NCBI GenBank assembly: GCA_964400545.1
Contig: CAYNUG010000001.1
Location: 2,394-66,393, forward strand
Direction: 5' to 3'
Length of the DNA: 64,000 nt
Origin: an uncultured Clostridia bacterium
Lineage (GTDB): Bacteria > Acidobacteriota > Aminicenantia > UBA2199
Positions 45,158-53,989 of this stretch are shown here, piece by piece. The position numbers and the translations under genes are program-made. Each line of letters begins with the position of its first letter. Positions within the stretch are counted from its first letter, which is position 1. Under the pieces are notes generated by a model that was not told the origin of the DNA, ran no database searches, and worked only from the letters and a program-made list of their open reading frames with translations.

Positions 45158-46672
45158 TTGAAGAAGCCGGTTTGTTTAATAATCAGAGACGGATGGGGCA
45201 AAGGTGATCAAACAGATTCAAATGCAATATTTGTAGCAAAAACACCTTTTACAGACGGTATAGAGAAAAAATTCCCTACAACAATGATTAAAACATCCGG
45301 ACTGGATGTAGGGCTACCGGAAAGATATCAGGGCAATAGTGAGGTCGGCCATCTTAATATCGGAGCAGGAAGGATCGTTTACCAGAGCCTCACTAGAATT
45401 GAGAATTCCATTAATAACGGAGAATTCTTTAAGAATAAGAAATTAAGAAAATCAATAATATCTGCGATCAAAAAAAAAGCCACTATTCATTTGATGGGAC
45501 TTATTCAGGAAGAAGGTGTCCACGCTGTTACCAGGCATTGCTTTGAAATATTGAAGATCGCAAAAGATGAAGGTGCCAAAGATGTGCTCATTCATGCAAT
45601 AACAGACGGGAGGGACACGCCACCGAGATCGGCACTGGAACATCTGAAATTTCTTCAGGATGGAATTAACAGAATAGGAATAGGAAGAATTGCATCTGTT
45701 ACCGGCAGATACTATATGATGGACAGGGACAAAAGGTGGGACAGAACCGAAATCGGCTATAGGGCCATAATGGAAGGAAAAGGACTGCATGTTAAGAACT
45801 GGGAAGAAGCAGTCCGGAATAATTACGCCCAGGGTATAACTGACGAATTCATTAAGCCCTGCACAATAAACTATACAGGGATCGATCGGGACGATACTTT
45901 TATTTTTTTCAACTACAGATTTGACAGAACACGCCAAATAACCAAAGCAATTGTCGAAAAAGATTTTTCTGAATTCAGTACCATTAGGCATAACATGGAT
46001 TTCCTGACAATGACCCATTATTATGATAACGGGAATTTTACCGAACTTTTTTCAGAACTCACATACAAAAACATTCTGGGAGAAATTATTTCTTTAGAGG
46101 GGATCAGACAATTAAGGATCTCTGAAACTGAAAAATTCGCCCATGTTACATTCTTCTTTAATGCACTCAGAAATAAACCATTTCCCGGAGAGGACAGAAT
46201 TCTCGTCAACAGTCCAAAAGTTGCAACCTATGATAAAAAACCTGAAATGTCCGCTTTCGAAATAACTGAAAAACTCCTGATCGCGATCAGGTCGAAAAAG
46301 TATGATTTAATAATAGTGAACTTCGCAAACTGTGACATGGTGGGTCATACCGGCGTTTTCAACAAGATACTAAAAGCAGTTGAAACTGTGGATTCATGTA
46401 CAAATAAAGTGTCTGAAGCTGTCCTTGATCAGGACGGAGTTGTCATTCTGACCGCAGATCACGGCAACGCCGAAGAGACAAAACTCGAGGACGGATCTCC
46501 GATGACATCACATACAACAAATCCGGTTCCTCTTACATTGCTTGGGGCGGGAAATATCAAACTCAGATCCGGCGGAAAGCTCAGTGACATCGCTCCAACC
46601 ATACTGGAGATCATGGGGATAAACCAACCTCCCGAAATGGATGGAGTAAGTCTTATAAAAAAATCTTCCTGA
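45158..46672 (+). CDS. gpmI: 2,3-bisphosphoglycerate-independent phosphoglycerate mutase
   Basis: 504 aa from a TTG start, with GNSEVGHLNIGAGR, TDGRDTPP, NFANCDMVGHTG and TADHGNAE. Confidence 0.9.
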   Translation: MKKPVCLIIRDGWGKGDQTDSNAIFVAKTPFTDGIEKKFPTTMIKTSGLDVGLPERYQGNSEVGHLNIGAGRIVYQSLTRIENSINNGEFFKNKKLRKSIISAIKKKATIHLMGLIQEEGVHAVTRHCFEILKIAKDEGAKDVLIHAITDGRDTPPRSALEHLKFLQDGINRIGIGRIASVTGRYYMMDRDKRWDRTEIGYRAIMEGKGLHVKNWEEAVRNNYAQGITDEFIKPCTINYTGIDRDDTFIFFNYRFDRTRQITKAIVEKDFSEFSTIRHNMDFLTMTHYYDNGNFTELFSELTYKNILGEIISLEGIRQLRISETEKFAHVTFFFNALRNKPFPGEDRILVNSPKVATYDKKPEMSAFEITEKLLIAIRSKKYDLIIVNFANCDMVGHTGVFNKILKAVETVDSCTNKVSEAVLDQDGVVILTADHGNAEETKLEDGSPMTSHTTNPVPLTLLGAGNIKLRSGGKLSDIAPTILEIMGINQPPEMDGVSLIKKSS

Positions 46673-46760
46673 TAACTGTTCTATCTCATTTCGTTATGTA
46701 CCATAATTATATTGTTTTTTTTATCTAAAAAAAATATAATCTGGATTAATAGGAGGATAT

Positions 46761-48035
46761 ATGAAAAATATGTTCAAAATTTTCAGCATTATTGTACTTA
46801 TGTTAGGACTCTCGTTCAGCGCATATTCAAATGGATTAAATCTGAACGGAATGGGTACTAAAGCTATAAGTATGGGTGGTGCATTTATTGCAGTTGCAGA
46901 CGATTACAGCGCAGTATTCTGGAATCCCGCAGGATTGACGCAGATGGACAAAGCAAACTTCACTGCTTTTTCATCCTTCATAGTTCCAACAGGCACCTAC
47001 AAGTATGCAGTCGCCGGTATAGACACGACATCAGAAAGTAAGATCTTTCCAGCCCCGGCAATTACATATTACAAACCACTTTCTGACAAACTGGTTTTCG
47101 GACTTACTTTTTATGCAACATCGGGAGCAGGGGCTTACTGGAATGGTGCAGACCTTAAACCGCTTAACGTAGGATTCCCCGCTGATACAAAAGCATACAA
47201 ATGGGAAAGTAAAGTTGGCGGACTTACCGTTTCACCTGTCATTGCATTCAAAATAAGCGATAAGTTCTCACTTGGCGCAACTCTAAATATTACATACGGA
47301 ATGCTGGATATGAACAGACATGCTCTTGGTTTACAATACACGGAATCCGCAACCGGTATCGGCTTTGGTGCAACAATCGGTGCAATGTTCAAACCTTCGG
47401 ATAAGTTCAGCATCGGATTAACATTTAAAACCCCTCAAAAGCTTACTTTGAAAGGGGATATTGCTCTTGAACGTCTCAGTAATGTGTTACCTATCCCGGG
47501 ATTAAATGATTCGGTAGAGATAACAAGAGATATCACATGGCCGATGTGGGCCGGTGTAGGAATCGCTTTCAAACCTACAGATAAACTTACAATTGCTTTT
47601 GATGTCCAGTATACCAAATGGTCAACTCTCGACGAACTTCCTGCCGAAACGGATGACACATTATGGAACACTTCATTGCCGTTTATCGGGAAACTGATCG
47701 ATGGAACTTCGTACGAATTGATGTGGGAAGATGCAACTCAGATAAGAGTGGGATTCGACTACAAACTTTCTGACACATTTTCACTGAGAGGCGGTTACTA
47801 TAACGATCCGGCTCCAGCACCTGATACAACACTCAACATACTCCTCCCCAGTATTACATATAATGTATTCACACTCGGTTTCGGTTACCATACCGAAAAG
47901 ATCGTTCTTGATGCAGGCTTTGAATATCTGAGCGGAGCTGACAGAGAGGCTGACATGTCTCTGAGTAAAGCAATGCCAGGTACACATGGGATGAAAATGC
48001 TGGTTCCGTCCATCAGCTTAACATTTAATTTTTAA
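46761..48035 (+). CDS. FadL/OmpP1/TodX-family outer-membrane transport protein
   Basis: 424 aa with a signal peptide, GTKAISMGGAFIAVADDYSAVFWNPAGL and the C-terminal aromatic ...SLTFNF. Confidence 0.7.
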   Translation: MKNMFKIFSIIVLMLGLSFSAYSNGLNLNGMGTKAISMGGAFIAVADDYSAVFWNPAGLTQMDKANFTAFSSFIVPTGTYKYAVAGIDTTSESKIFPAPAITYYKPLSDKLVFGLTFYATSGAGAYWNGADLKPLNVGFPADTKAYKWESKVGGLTVSPVIAFKISDKFSLGATLNITYGMLDMNRHALGLQYTESATGIGFGATIGAMFKPSDKFSIGLTFKTPQKLTLKGDIALERLSNVLPIPGLNDSVEITRDITWPMWAGVGIAFKPTDKLTIAFDVQYTKWSTLDELPAETDDTLWNTSLPFIGKLIDGTSYELMWEDATQIRVGFDYKLSDTFSLRGGYYNDPAPAPDTTLNILLPSITYNVFTLGFGYHTEKIVLDAGFEYLSGADREADMSLSKAMPGTHGMKMLVPSISLTFNF

Positions 48036-48055
48036 TACAAATATCAAAATAAAGG

Positions 48056-48089
48056 GGGAAAAGGTTTGTGCCTTTTCCCTTTTTTTTTC
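48056..48089 (+). terminator. Rho-independent terminator
   Basis: GGGAAAAGG (48056-48064), loop TTTGTG, CCTTTTCCC (48071-48079), then a T-run (48080-48088). Lies 20 nt after the FadL-like stop. Confidence 0.7.
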
Positions 48090-48134
48090 TTGAAAAAAAT
48101 TGGCTTATAATGTAGTATCCGTTCAGGAGGAAAA

Positions 48135-49046
48135 ATGGATAACGAGATACATATTCCGACAGATGTTCCGAACGGAAGTATAAATGAATATCTTTCAAAT
48201 GCCGATGAGATAACACTCGGTTCCGGGAGAGTTATGCTTTTCGCAGGTGACCAGAAAATTGAGCACCTGAATGCAGACTTTTATGGGGATAATATACACA
48301 AAGATGATGGTGATCCTGAGCATCTTTTCAGGATAGCCGACAAAGCCGAGATCGGGGTTTTTGCAACCCAGATGGGATTGATATCAATGTACGGCAGTGA
48401 TTATCCGGAAGTTCCATACCTTGTGAAGTTAAATTCAAAAACTAATCTGGTCAAGACTGCTCAGAAAGATCCGGTTTCACTACAGCATATAGATATGGAT
48501 CAGGTTATTGATTTCAAGAATAAATCGGGACTTAATATTCTCGGGATCGGTTACACAATATATCTCGGAAGTGAATTTGAGCACTTAATGATAAGAGAAG
48601 CAGCTCAGGCTATTCGTCACGCACATGAATACGGGCTGGTCTCAGTACTCTGGATATATCCGAGGGGACAGTCCGTAAAAAATGAAAAGGATCCCGATCT
48701 CATTGCAGGAGCTACCGGAGTAGCTGCAACACTTGGCACAGACTTTGTAAAGGTCAACTATCCGAAAAAAGAAGGCGAGGAATCATCAGAAATGTTTAAA
48801 AGAGCTGTGATCGCGGCAGGAAAAACAAAAGTAATATGTGCAGGAGGATCAAGTACTGATCCGAAACTTTTCCTACAGCGTCTTCATGACCAGATCCATA
48901 TATCCGGAGCAATGGGAAATGCAACAGGAAGAAATATCCATCAAAAATCCCTCGAGGATGCTGTACGGATCGCAAATGCAACTTCAGCAATAACTATCCA
49001 TGACAAAAGTGTTGAAGAGGCCTTTAAAATTTACAACGGAAAATAA
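48135..49046 (+). CDS. DhnA/archaeal-type class I aldolase (fructose-bisphosphate aldolase class Ia family)
   Basis: 303 aa of the DeoC/FbaB superfamily pattern, with GTDFVKVNYP (Schiff-base Lys context) and VICAGGSS. Substrate assignment is uncertain. Confidence 0.6.
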   Translation: MDNEIHIPTDVPNGSINEYLSNADEITLGSGRVMLFAGDQKIEHLNADFYGDNIHKDDGDPEHLFRIADKAEIGVFATQMGLISMYGSDYPEVPYLVKLNSKTNLVKTAQKDPVSLQHIDMDQVIDFKNKSGLNILGIGYTIYLGSEFEHLMIREAAQAIRHAHEYGLVSVLWIYPRGQSVKNEKDPDLIAGATGVAATLGTDFVKVNYPKKEGEESSEMFKRAVIAAGKTKVICAGGSSTDPKLFLQRLHDQIHISGAMGNATGRNIHQKSLEDAVRIANATSAITIHDKSVEEAFKIYNGK

Positions 49047-49112
49047 TCTTTTCTGATAATTATTAAGATTTATTCATATAAACTGAGCCGGTGTTATAAG
49101 CATTCGTATTAA

Positions 49113-49141
49113 TTGACACAATAAATTTATTTTGATAACAT
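49113..49141 (+). promoter_or_regulatory. sigma-70-like promoter candidate for metK
   Basis: TTGACA (49113-49118), 17-nt spacer, TAACAT (49136-49141); GGAGG RBS before the ATG at 49166. Confidence 0.3.
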
Positions 49142-49165
49142 CGACTGTTAACACACGGAGGAATT

Positions 49166-50317
49166 ATGATAAAAGGAAAATATCTGTTTACATCCGAATC
49201 GGTCACCGAAGGACATCCGGATAAGGTTTGCGACCAGATATCTGATGCAATTCTGGATAAATGTCTATCTCTTGACAAAGAATCAAAAGTGGCAGTAGAA
49301 TGCCTTATAAAAACCGGAGCAGTGATTGTAGCCGGAGAAATAACAACAAATTGTTATGTGAAAATCCCAAAAATAGTAAGAGAAACTCTCAAAGAAATAG
49401 GGTATACAAAATCAAGTTTTGGTATGGATGCCGACAATACCGCGGTTCTGGTTCATCTTGAAGAACAGTCTTCTGATATCTACCAGGGAGTAAATTCCGA
49501 AGATGGTCAATACAAAGAACAGGGAGCAGGAGACCAGGGAATGATGTTCGGATATGCAACTAATGAAACGAACAACTATATGCCGCTTCCTATTGATATG
49601 GCTCACAAACTTTCGAAAAAACTCGCCGAAGTAAGGAAAAATGGCACTCTCCCCTATCTGGGACCTGACGGGAAATCTCAAGTCACAGTCGAATATAACG
49701 ATGGCAAACCGCAAAAGATAACAACTGTCGTTATTTCGAATCAGCACGATGAGGGAATTGAACATAAGCAGATAAAAGATGATGTTATCAGGGAAGTGAT
49801 CAAGCCGGTTCTGGGAGATTTGATCAATAATGAAACAATATTTTTTGTTAATCCCACAGGAAAATTTGTTAGAGGTGGTCCCCAGGCTGATGCAGGTCTG
49901 ACAGGAAGAAAGATTATTGTCGATACTTATGGTGGAATGGGGAGACATGGAGGCGGTGCATTCTCAGGAAAAGATGCTTCAAAAGTTGACCGTTCCGGAG
50001 CATATGCCGCAAGATATATTGCAAAGAACGTAGTCGCTGCAGGCCTTGCCGACAGATGTGAGATCCAACTTGCTTATGCAATAGGAGTTGCAGAACCGGT
50101 ATCTGTAATGGCTAATACATTTGGGACAGGAAAGATTCCTGAAGAAAAAATAGTTGAGATGATCAGCGAGGTTTTTCCGTTAAAACCGGCTGATATAATT
50201 AAAGAATTAGGATTAAAAGAACCAATATTTAAACAGACAGCTGCTTACGGACATTTCGGAAGAGACTCTTTCCCATGGGAAAAACTGGACAAGGTTGACG
50301 ATCTAAAAAAATATTAA
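49166..50317 (+). CDS. metK: S-adenosylmethionine synthetase
   Basis: 383 aa with [34 protein letters not shown], and [19 protein letters not shown]. Confidence 0.95.
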   Translation: MIKGKYLFTSESVTEGHPDKVCDQISDAILDKCLSLDKESKVAVECLIKTGAVIVAGEITTNCYVKIPKIVRETLKEIGYTKSSFGMDADNTAVLVHLEEQSSDIYQGVNSEDGQYKEQGAGDQGMMFGYATNETNNYMPLPIDMAHKLSKKLAEVRKNGTLPYLGPDGKSQVTVEYNDGKPQKITTVVISNQHDEGIEHKQIKDDVIREVIKPVLGDLINNETIFFVNPTGKFVRGGPQADAGLTGRKIIVDTYGGMGRHGGGAFSGKDASKVDRSGAYAARYIAKNVVAAGLADRCEIQLAYAIGVAEPVSVMANTFGTGKIPEEKIVEMISEVFPLKPADIIKELGLKEPIFKQTAAYGHFGRDSFPWEKLDKVDDLKKY

Positions 50318-50340
50318 AAATATAATAGAGCGAAAGATAT

Positions 50341-51432
50341 ATGAGCAGGAAAAGATATAAGGTCCTTATTACTGATGATGAGAGTGATATCAGGGAACTA
50401 CTGGGAGATTTTCTTGAAGATAAAGGATTCGATTACTTCCTTGCTGAAAATGCATTCGAATCCCTGGAGATATTCAAGAACAATCCCGATATAGACTTGG
50501 TAATGTCCGATATCAGAATGCCGGGGAGATCGGGCCTCGATCTACTCGGAGATATAAAGCAAATTGATGAAGATGTCATTGTGATAATGATCTCTGCCGT
50601 AAAAGATATTGAGTCAGCTATTTCTGCAATGTCCAGAGGTGCATACGACTATGTATCAAAACCTTTCAAACTGGCCGAAGTAGGAATAATAGTTGACAAA
50701 GCAATAGACAAAAGGAGACTTATTCTTGAAAACCGGGAATACCAACGGAATCTGGAGATAAAAGTCGCCGAAAGGACTGAAGAATTGAAAAATGCATTGA
50801 ATGAATTGGATACATCATACCTTATGACACTGGAATCACTTGCCACTGCTCTCGACATGAGAGATGAAGAAACACAAGGGCATTCGGTAAGGGTTCTACA
50901 ATATGCAATGAAACTGGCCGAACTCATGAACATAAAAGATCCTGCTAAACTTAAAATTCTTGAATATGGGTCTCTCCTCCATGATATCGGAAAAATTGGG
51001 ATACCGGATGCAATCTTAAAAAAACCATCCAGTCTTAATGAAGAAGAATGGAAGATAATGAGAACTCATCCGTCAGCCGGATATAAAATACTCAGCAATA
51101 TCCGATTCCTTGAAGAAGCCTCAAAAATAGTCCTTTATCATCATGAGAACTATGACGGGACCGGTTACCCGGATAAACTCAAAGGGAATGACATACCGTG
51201 GGCAGCCAGAATATTTTCAGTTGCAGATGCTCTTGATGCAATGACCTCTCACCGTTCATACCGAGATGCCCTTTCTTTCGAAAAAGCAGAAGCGGAATTG
51301 AGGCAATACTCAGGGACAAGATTTGATCCGGAAGTAGTCGAGGCATTTTTGACCATTTCCATCACAGATTGGGAAAAAGAAGGTCAAAAAGCGATCAGAA
51401 AAGTTAAAGAAAACCACTCGTCTGATAATTAA
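50341..51432 (+). CDS. response regulator with HD-GYP phosphodiesterase output (RpfG-like)
   Basis: Receiver domain (VLITDDESD, DLVMSDIRMPGRSG, SKPF), coiled-coil linker, and HD-GYP domain (LLHDIGKIGIPD, HHENYDGTGYP). Confidence 0.85.
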   Translation: MSRKRYKVLITDDESDIRELLGDFLEDKGFDYFLAENAFESLEIFKNNPDIDLVMSDIRMPGRSGLDLLGDIKQIDEDVIVIMISAVKDIESAISAMSRGAYDYVSKPFKLAEVGIIVDKAIDKRRLILENREYQRNLEIKVAERTEELKNALNELDTSYLMTLESLATALDMRDEETQGHSVRVLQYAMKLAELMNIKDPAKLKILEYGSLLHDIGKIGIPDAILKKPSSLNEEEWKIMRTHPSAGYKILSNIRFLEEASKIVLYHHENYDGTGYPDKLKGNDIPWAARIFSVADALDAMTSHRSYRDALSFEKAEAELRQYSGTRFDPEVVEAFLTISITDWEKEGQKAIRKVKENHSSDN

Positions 51433-51896
51433 TTCAGATCAAGCCTTAATATCAGAGCATCATCTCCGGGATTATTATAGTATCCTTTTCTGATCCGGAG
51501 AAATTTGAACCCTGACTTCTCATAGAATTGTACTGCTCTTTTATTTTGAGATCTCACTTCAAGAAAGACTGATTCCATTTTTTCTCCAACAGCAATTTCT
51601 ATCAGGGATGATAAAAGACCCCATCCTATTCCCTTCCTTCTTGATTTCCTCTTCACTGCAATATTGTTTATTTCTATGATATCGATAATTTTCCTGAAAA
51701 CTATAAACCCCTCAATATTTCTGTTCTCAAAACTGCGAAAAACGAGTATAGTGGAAATTTTATTATTAAACTCTTCCTCAAAAAATGATCTTTTCCATGG
51801 ATTTGGCGAACTTTCTCTCTCTATATCCAAAATATCATCAATATCTTCCGGCTTCGCCTTCTCAATTTTTCCTTTTTCCAAAATTTTTCTCGGCAT
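51429..51896 (-). CDS. rimI: ribosomal-protein-alanine N-acetyltransferase (GNAT)
   Basis: 155 aa with the acetyl-CoA motif VKRKSRRKGIGWGLL. Directly downstream of and overlapping tsaB. Confidence 0.7.
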   Translation of the reverse strand: MPRKILEKGKIEKAKPEDIDDILDIERESSPNPWKRSFFEEEFNNKISTILVFRSFENRNIEGFIVFRKIIDIIEINNIAVKRKSRRKGIGWGLLSSLIEIAVGEKMESVFLEVRSQNKRAVQFYEKSGFKFLRIRKGYYNNPGDDALILRLDLN

Positions 51897-52557
51897 CCGG
51901 AATCCTTATGTACAAAGGTTCAATATTGCCTGTCCCTTTCTTATAATTACCAGCATTAAATTCCGTCAATGCAATGGACCCGACTTCACTTGATATAAAA
52001 GGAGATCTGTTGACAACAATGCTTCCCGGAAAATCTTCTGAAAGAAGATCTTTATATACCAAAGAACCCATGCCGGTAAAACAAATATTGCTTTCATTTT
52101 GCAATTCACCCTTCAGTTCTCCGACCTTTATCAATGTCGGTTCAATACTCCGGACCAAATCATTCTTTTTGCTCTTGTATGAAGCAAAATATATTTCTTC
52201 CCTTCGTGCATCAAGTATGGGAATAATGGTCATCCCCGTATAGGTCAATTTTGCTGCTGCAGCTTCCAGCGAACTTACAGGAACAACAGGGATAGGCTTG
52301 CCGAAGAACAGTCCTTTCAATGTTGCAAGACCGACTCTGATCCCTGTAAAAAATCCCGGCCCGACAGAGACTCCTATAAGACCGATGTCATCAGCATTGA
52401 TCTTTAATGTTAAAAACACTGAATCAATATATGAAACAAGTGTTTTGGAAAGTTCCTCTGAAGAAATAAAATTAAACTCAGTAAGGATCTCTTCCCCTTT
52501 CAGAATAGTGATAGAACAATAATTGGAAGTCGTATCAAGTGCAAGAGTAAACTTCAT
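51862..52557 (-). CDS. tsaB: tRNA t6A biosynthesis protein TsaB
   Basis: 231 aa with MKFTLALDTTSNYCSITIL and VSVGPGFFTGIRVGLATLKG. Confidence 0.8.
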   Translation of the reverse strand: MKFTLALDTTSNYCSITILKGEEILTEFNFISSEELSKTLVSYIDSVFLTLKINADDIGLIGVSVGPGFFTGIRVGLATLKGLFFGKPIPVVPVSSLEAAAAKLTYTGMTIIPILDARREEIYFASYKSKKNDLVRSIEPTLIKVGELKGELQNESNICFTGMGSLVYKDLLSEDFPGSIVVNRSPFISSEVGSIALTEFNAGNYKKGTGNIEPLYIRIPDAEKNFGKRKN

Positions 52558-52970
52558 ACTGCTTTTTCAAGAATGACTCTCGTCCCGGTTCCGATATTTG
52601 AAAAATCTACACGATCCATATAGTTCCTCATTATAAGAATCCCCCTTCCGTTAAGTGAAAGGACGTCCTTAGATTCGATCTTCTTTGACATCTCCTCGAA
52701 ATCAACTATTTCAGTATTCTGATCCGTTACTGTCAATTTCAGTTTCCTTTTCTCCCATTCGAAATCGAGGAAGACCCTTTTCTTCGGATCATATTTGTTC
52801 CCGTGAATGATCGCATTGTTAATTACTTCTCTGAGAGATATCTCGATCTTGAACATATCATCATCCGATATCTTCAAAATGTTCTTCAGATAATTAAGGA
52901 TGAATACAGTGAATTCAGTAAATTTAAGATTACTGACAAAATTCGTAGATATTTTTCTGCCTGTTAGCAT
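52554..52970 (-). CDS. RsbW/SpoIIAB-like anti-sigma serine kinase (HATPase_c fold)
   Basis: 138 aa with N-box EVINNAIIHGN, G2-like NGRGILIMRNYMD, and GTGTRV. 4-nt overlap with tsaB. Confidence 0.55.
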   Translation of the reverse strand: MLTGRKISTNFVSNLKFTEFTVFILNYLKNILKISDDDMFKIEISLREVINNAIIHGNKYDPKKRVFLDFEWEKRKLKLTVTDQNTEIVDFEEMSKKIESKDVLSLNGRGILIMRNYMDRVDFSNIGTGTRVILEKAV

Positions 52971-53066
52971 ATCAAAAGTATATCAAAAGAAAGAGAGATT
53001 TTCAAAAACCTGATTTATCGATATGCTGACATATTGCGTCCCAACTCCAGAGAAAAAGGAACATCC

Positions 53067-53095
53067 TTGACATTATTTTCCCCCAAACATAGAAT
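53067..53095 (+). promoter_or_regulatory. sigma-70-like promoter candidate heading the 53.1-64 kb same-strand gene array
   Basis: TTGACA (53067-53072), 17-nt spacer, TAGAAT (53090-53095); GGAGA RBS before the ATG at 53128. Confidence 0.4.
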
Positions 53096-53127
53096 TAATT
53101 GTTCTATAATAATAATAGGAGAATATT

Positions 53128-53970
53128 ATGACAGTAAAGAAAAAAACAGCAACTAAAGAAAACTGTAATTGGGTCTTTAACCTTATAGTAAAATTTGTCG
53201 ATGTAATGAGAAATGTACTTAGTGAGAAACTTTTCAAATTTTTAAAAAAATGGCTTCTCATCCTCGGGAATTGCGGATTTTATGTAGCTTCCGCTCTCGC
53301 TTTTCTAATAGGTCTCATAGCTGCAATCAGAACAGAATCATTCGGGGTATTTGCAACAGGATTCGGATATGCGATCGGGTTTTTCGTCCTTCAGTACGTA
53401 GCGGTAAAATTTGCAAATGCCGGAGATAAGCTGATAGAGAACAACAAGACGGGACTGGCTTCAGCGGCCTTCCTTGATAGCATAGGTCTATTGTTCATGA
53501 TCGGAGGTGCACTTATTCTGCTATTCAATTCATACTTAGCTATAAAGCAAGGGGCATTTTCACCGTTTTTAGAAGGAATTGCAGCCTTTATTGTGTTTGA
53601 ACTGTTCGCACTTCTTGCACTTAACCCGAAAACAGTAACTTTAGAGGTTGTTCCCGGAACTTCAGCAGGACAGGAAGCAATAGGGATCGTCACTTTCTTC
53701 CTGAAATCGTTCATGAAACTAGTTCCTATCATTTACGGCGTAGGGATTATTGTTACAACGATCCTTATGTTCATCCACTCCTTTGGATTGTTCAAGGAAG
53801 GCAGAATGACATTTGCGTGGCTGAGAGTTACGGGAGATTTCCAGACAATAGCAATAATTGCGTTGCTTCCTCTATTAGCTTACATTATTTTTGCTTTTGT
53901 TTTCCTTGCTATTGATGTAATAAGGGCGATACTTTCTATCCCATCGAAACTGGACAAACTGGCAAAATAG
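53128..53970 (+). CDS. hypothetical polytopic membrane protein
   Basis: 280 aa with about 6 hydrophobic helices and no recognisable motif. First gene of the nucleoside array. Confidence 0.45.
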   Translation: MTVKKKTATKENCNWVFNLIVKFVDVMRNVLSEKLFKFLKKWLLILGNCGFYVASALAFLIGLIAAIRTESFGVFATGFGYAIGFFVLQYVAVKFANAGDKLIENNKTGLASAAFLDSIGLLFMIGGALILLFNSYLAIKQGAFSPFLEGIAAFIVFELFALLALNPKTVTLEVVPGTSAGQEAIGIVTFFLKSFMKLVPIIYGVGIIVTTILMFIHSFGLFKEGRMTFAWLRVTGDFQTIAIIALLPLLAYIIFAFVFLAIDVIRAILSIPSKLDKLAK

Positions 53971-53989
53971 ATCAGATTAATCCCTTAAA

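Noticed and set aside
45452-46018. 188-aa - strand ORF within gpmI, with similar cases at 49412-49948 within metK and 62020-62412 across deoC/BMC-T
   Set aside because: The sense-strand genes have unambiguous family signatures. The antisense ORFs lack start signals and plausible protein composition.
49047-49165. A SAM riboswitch upstream of metK
   Set aside because: The 119-nt AT-rich leader shows none of the conserved GC-rich helices or motifs of SAM-I as I recall them, and it is barely long enough. Only a promoter-like site was retained. A covariance-model scan would be the decisive test.
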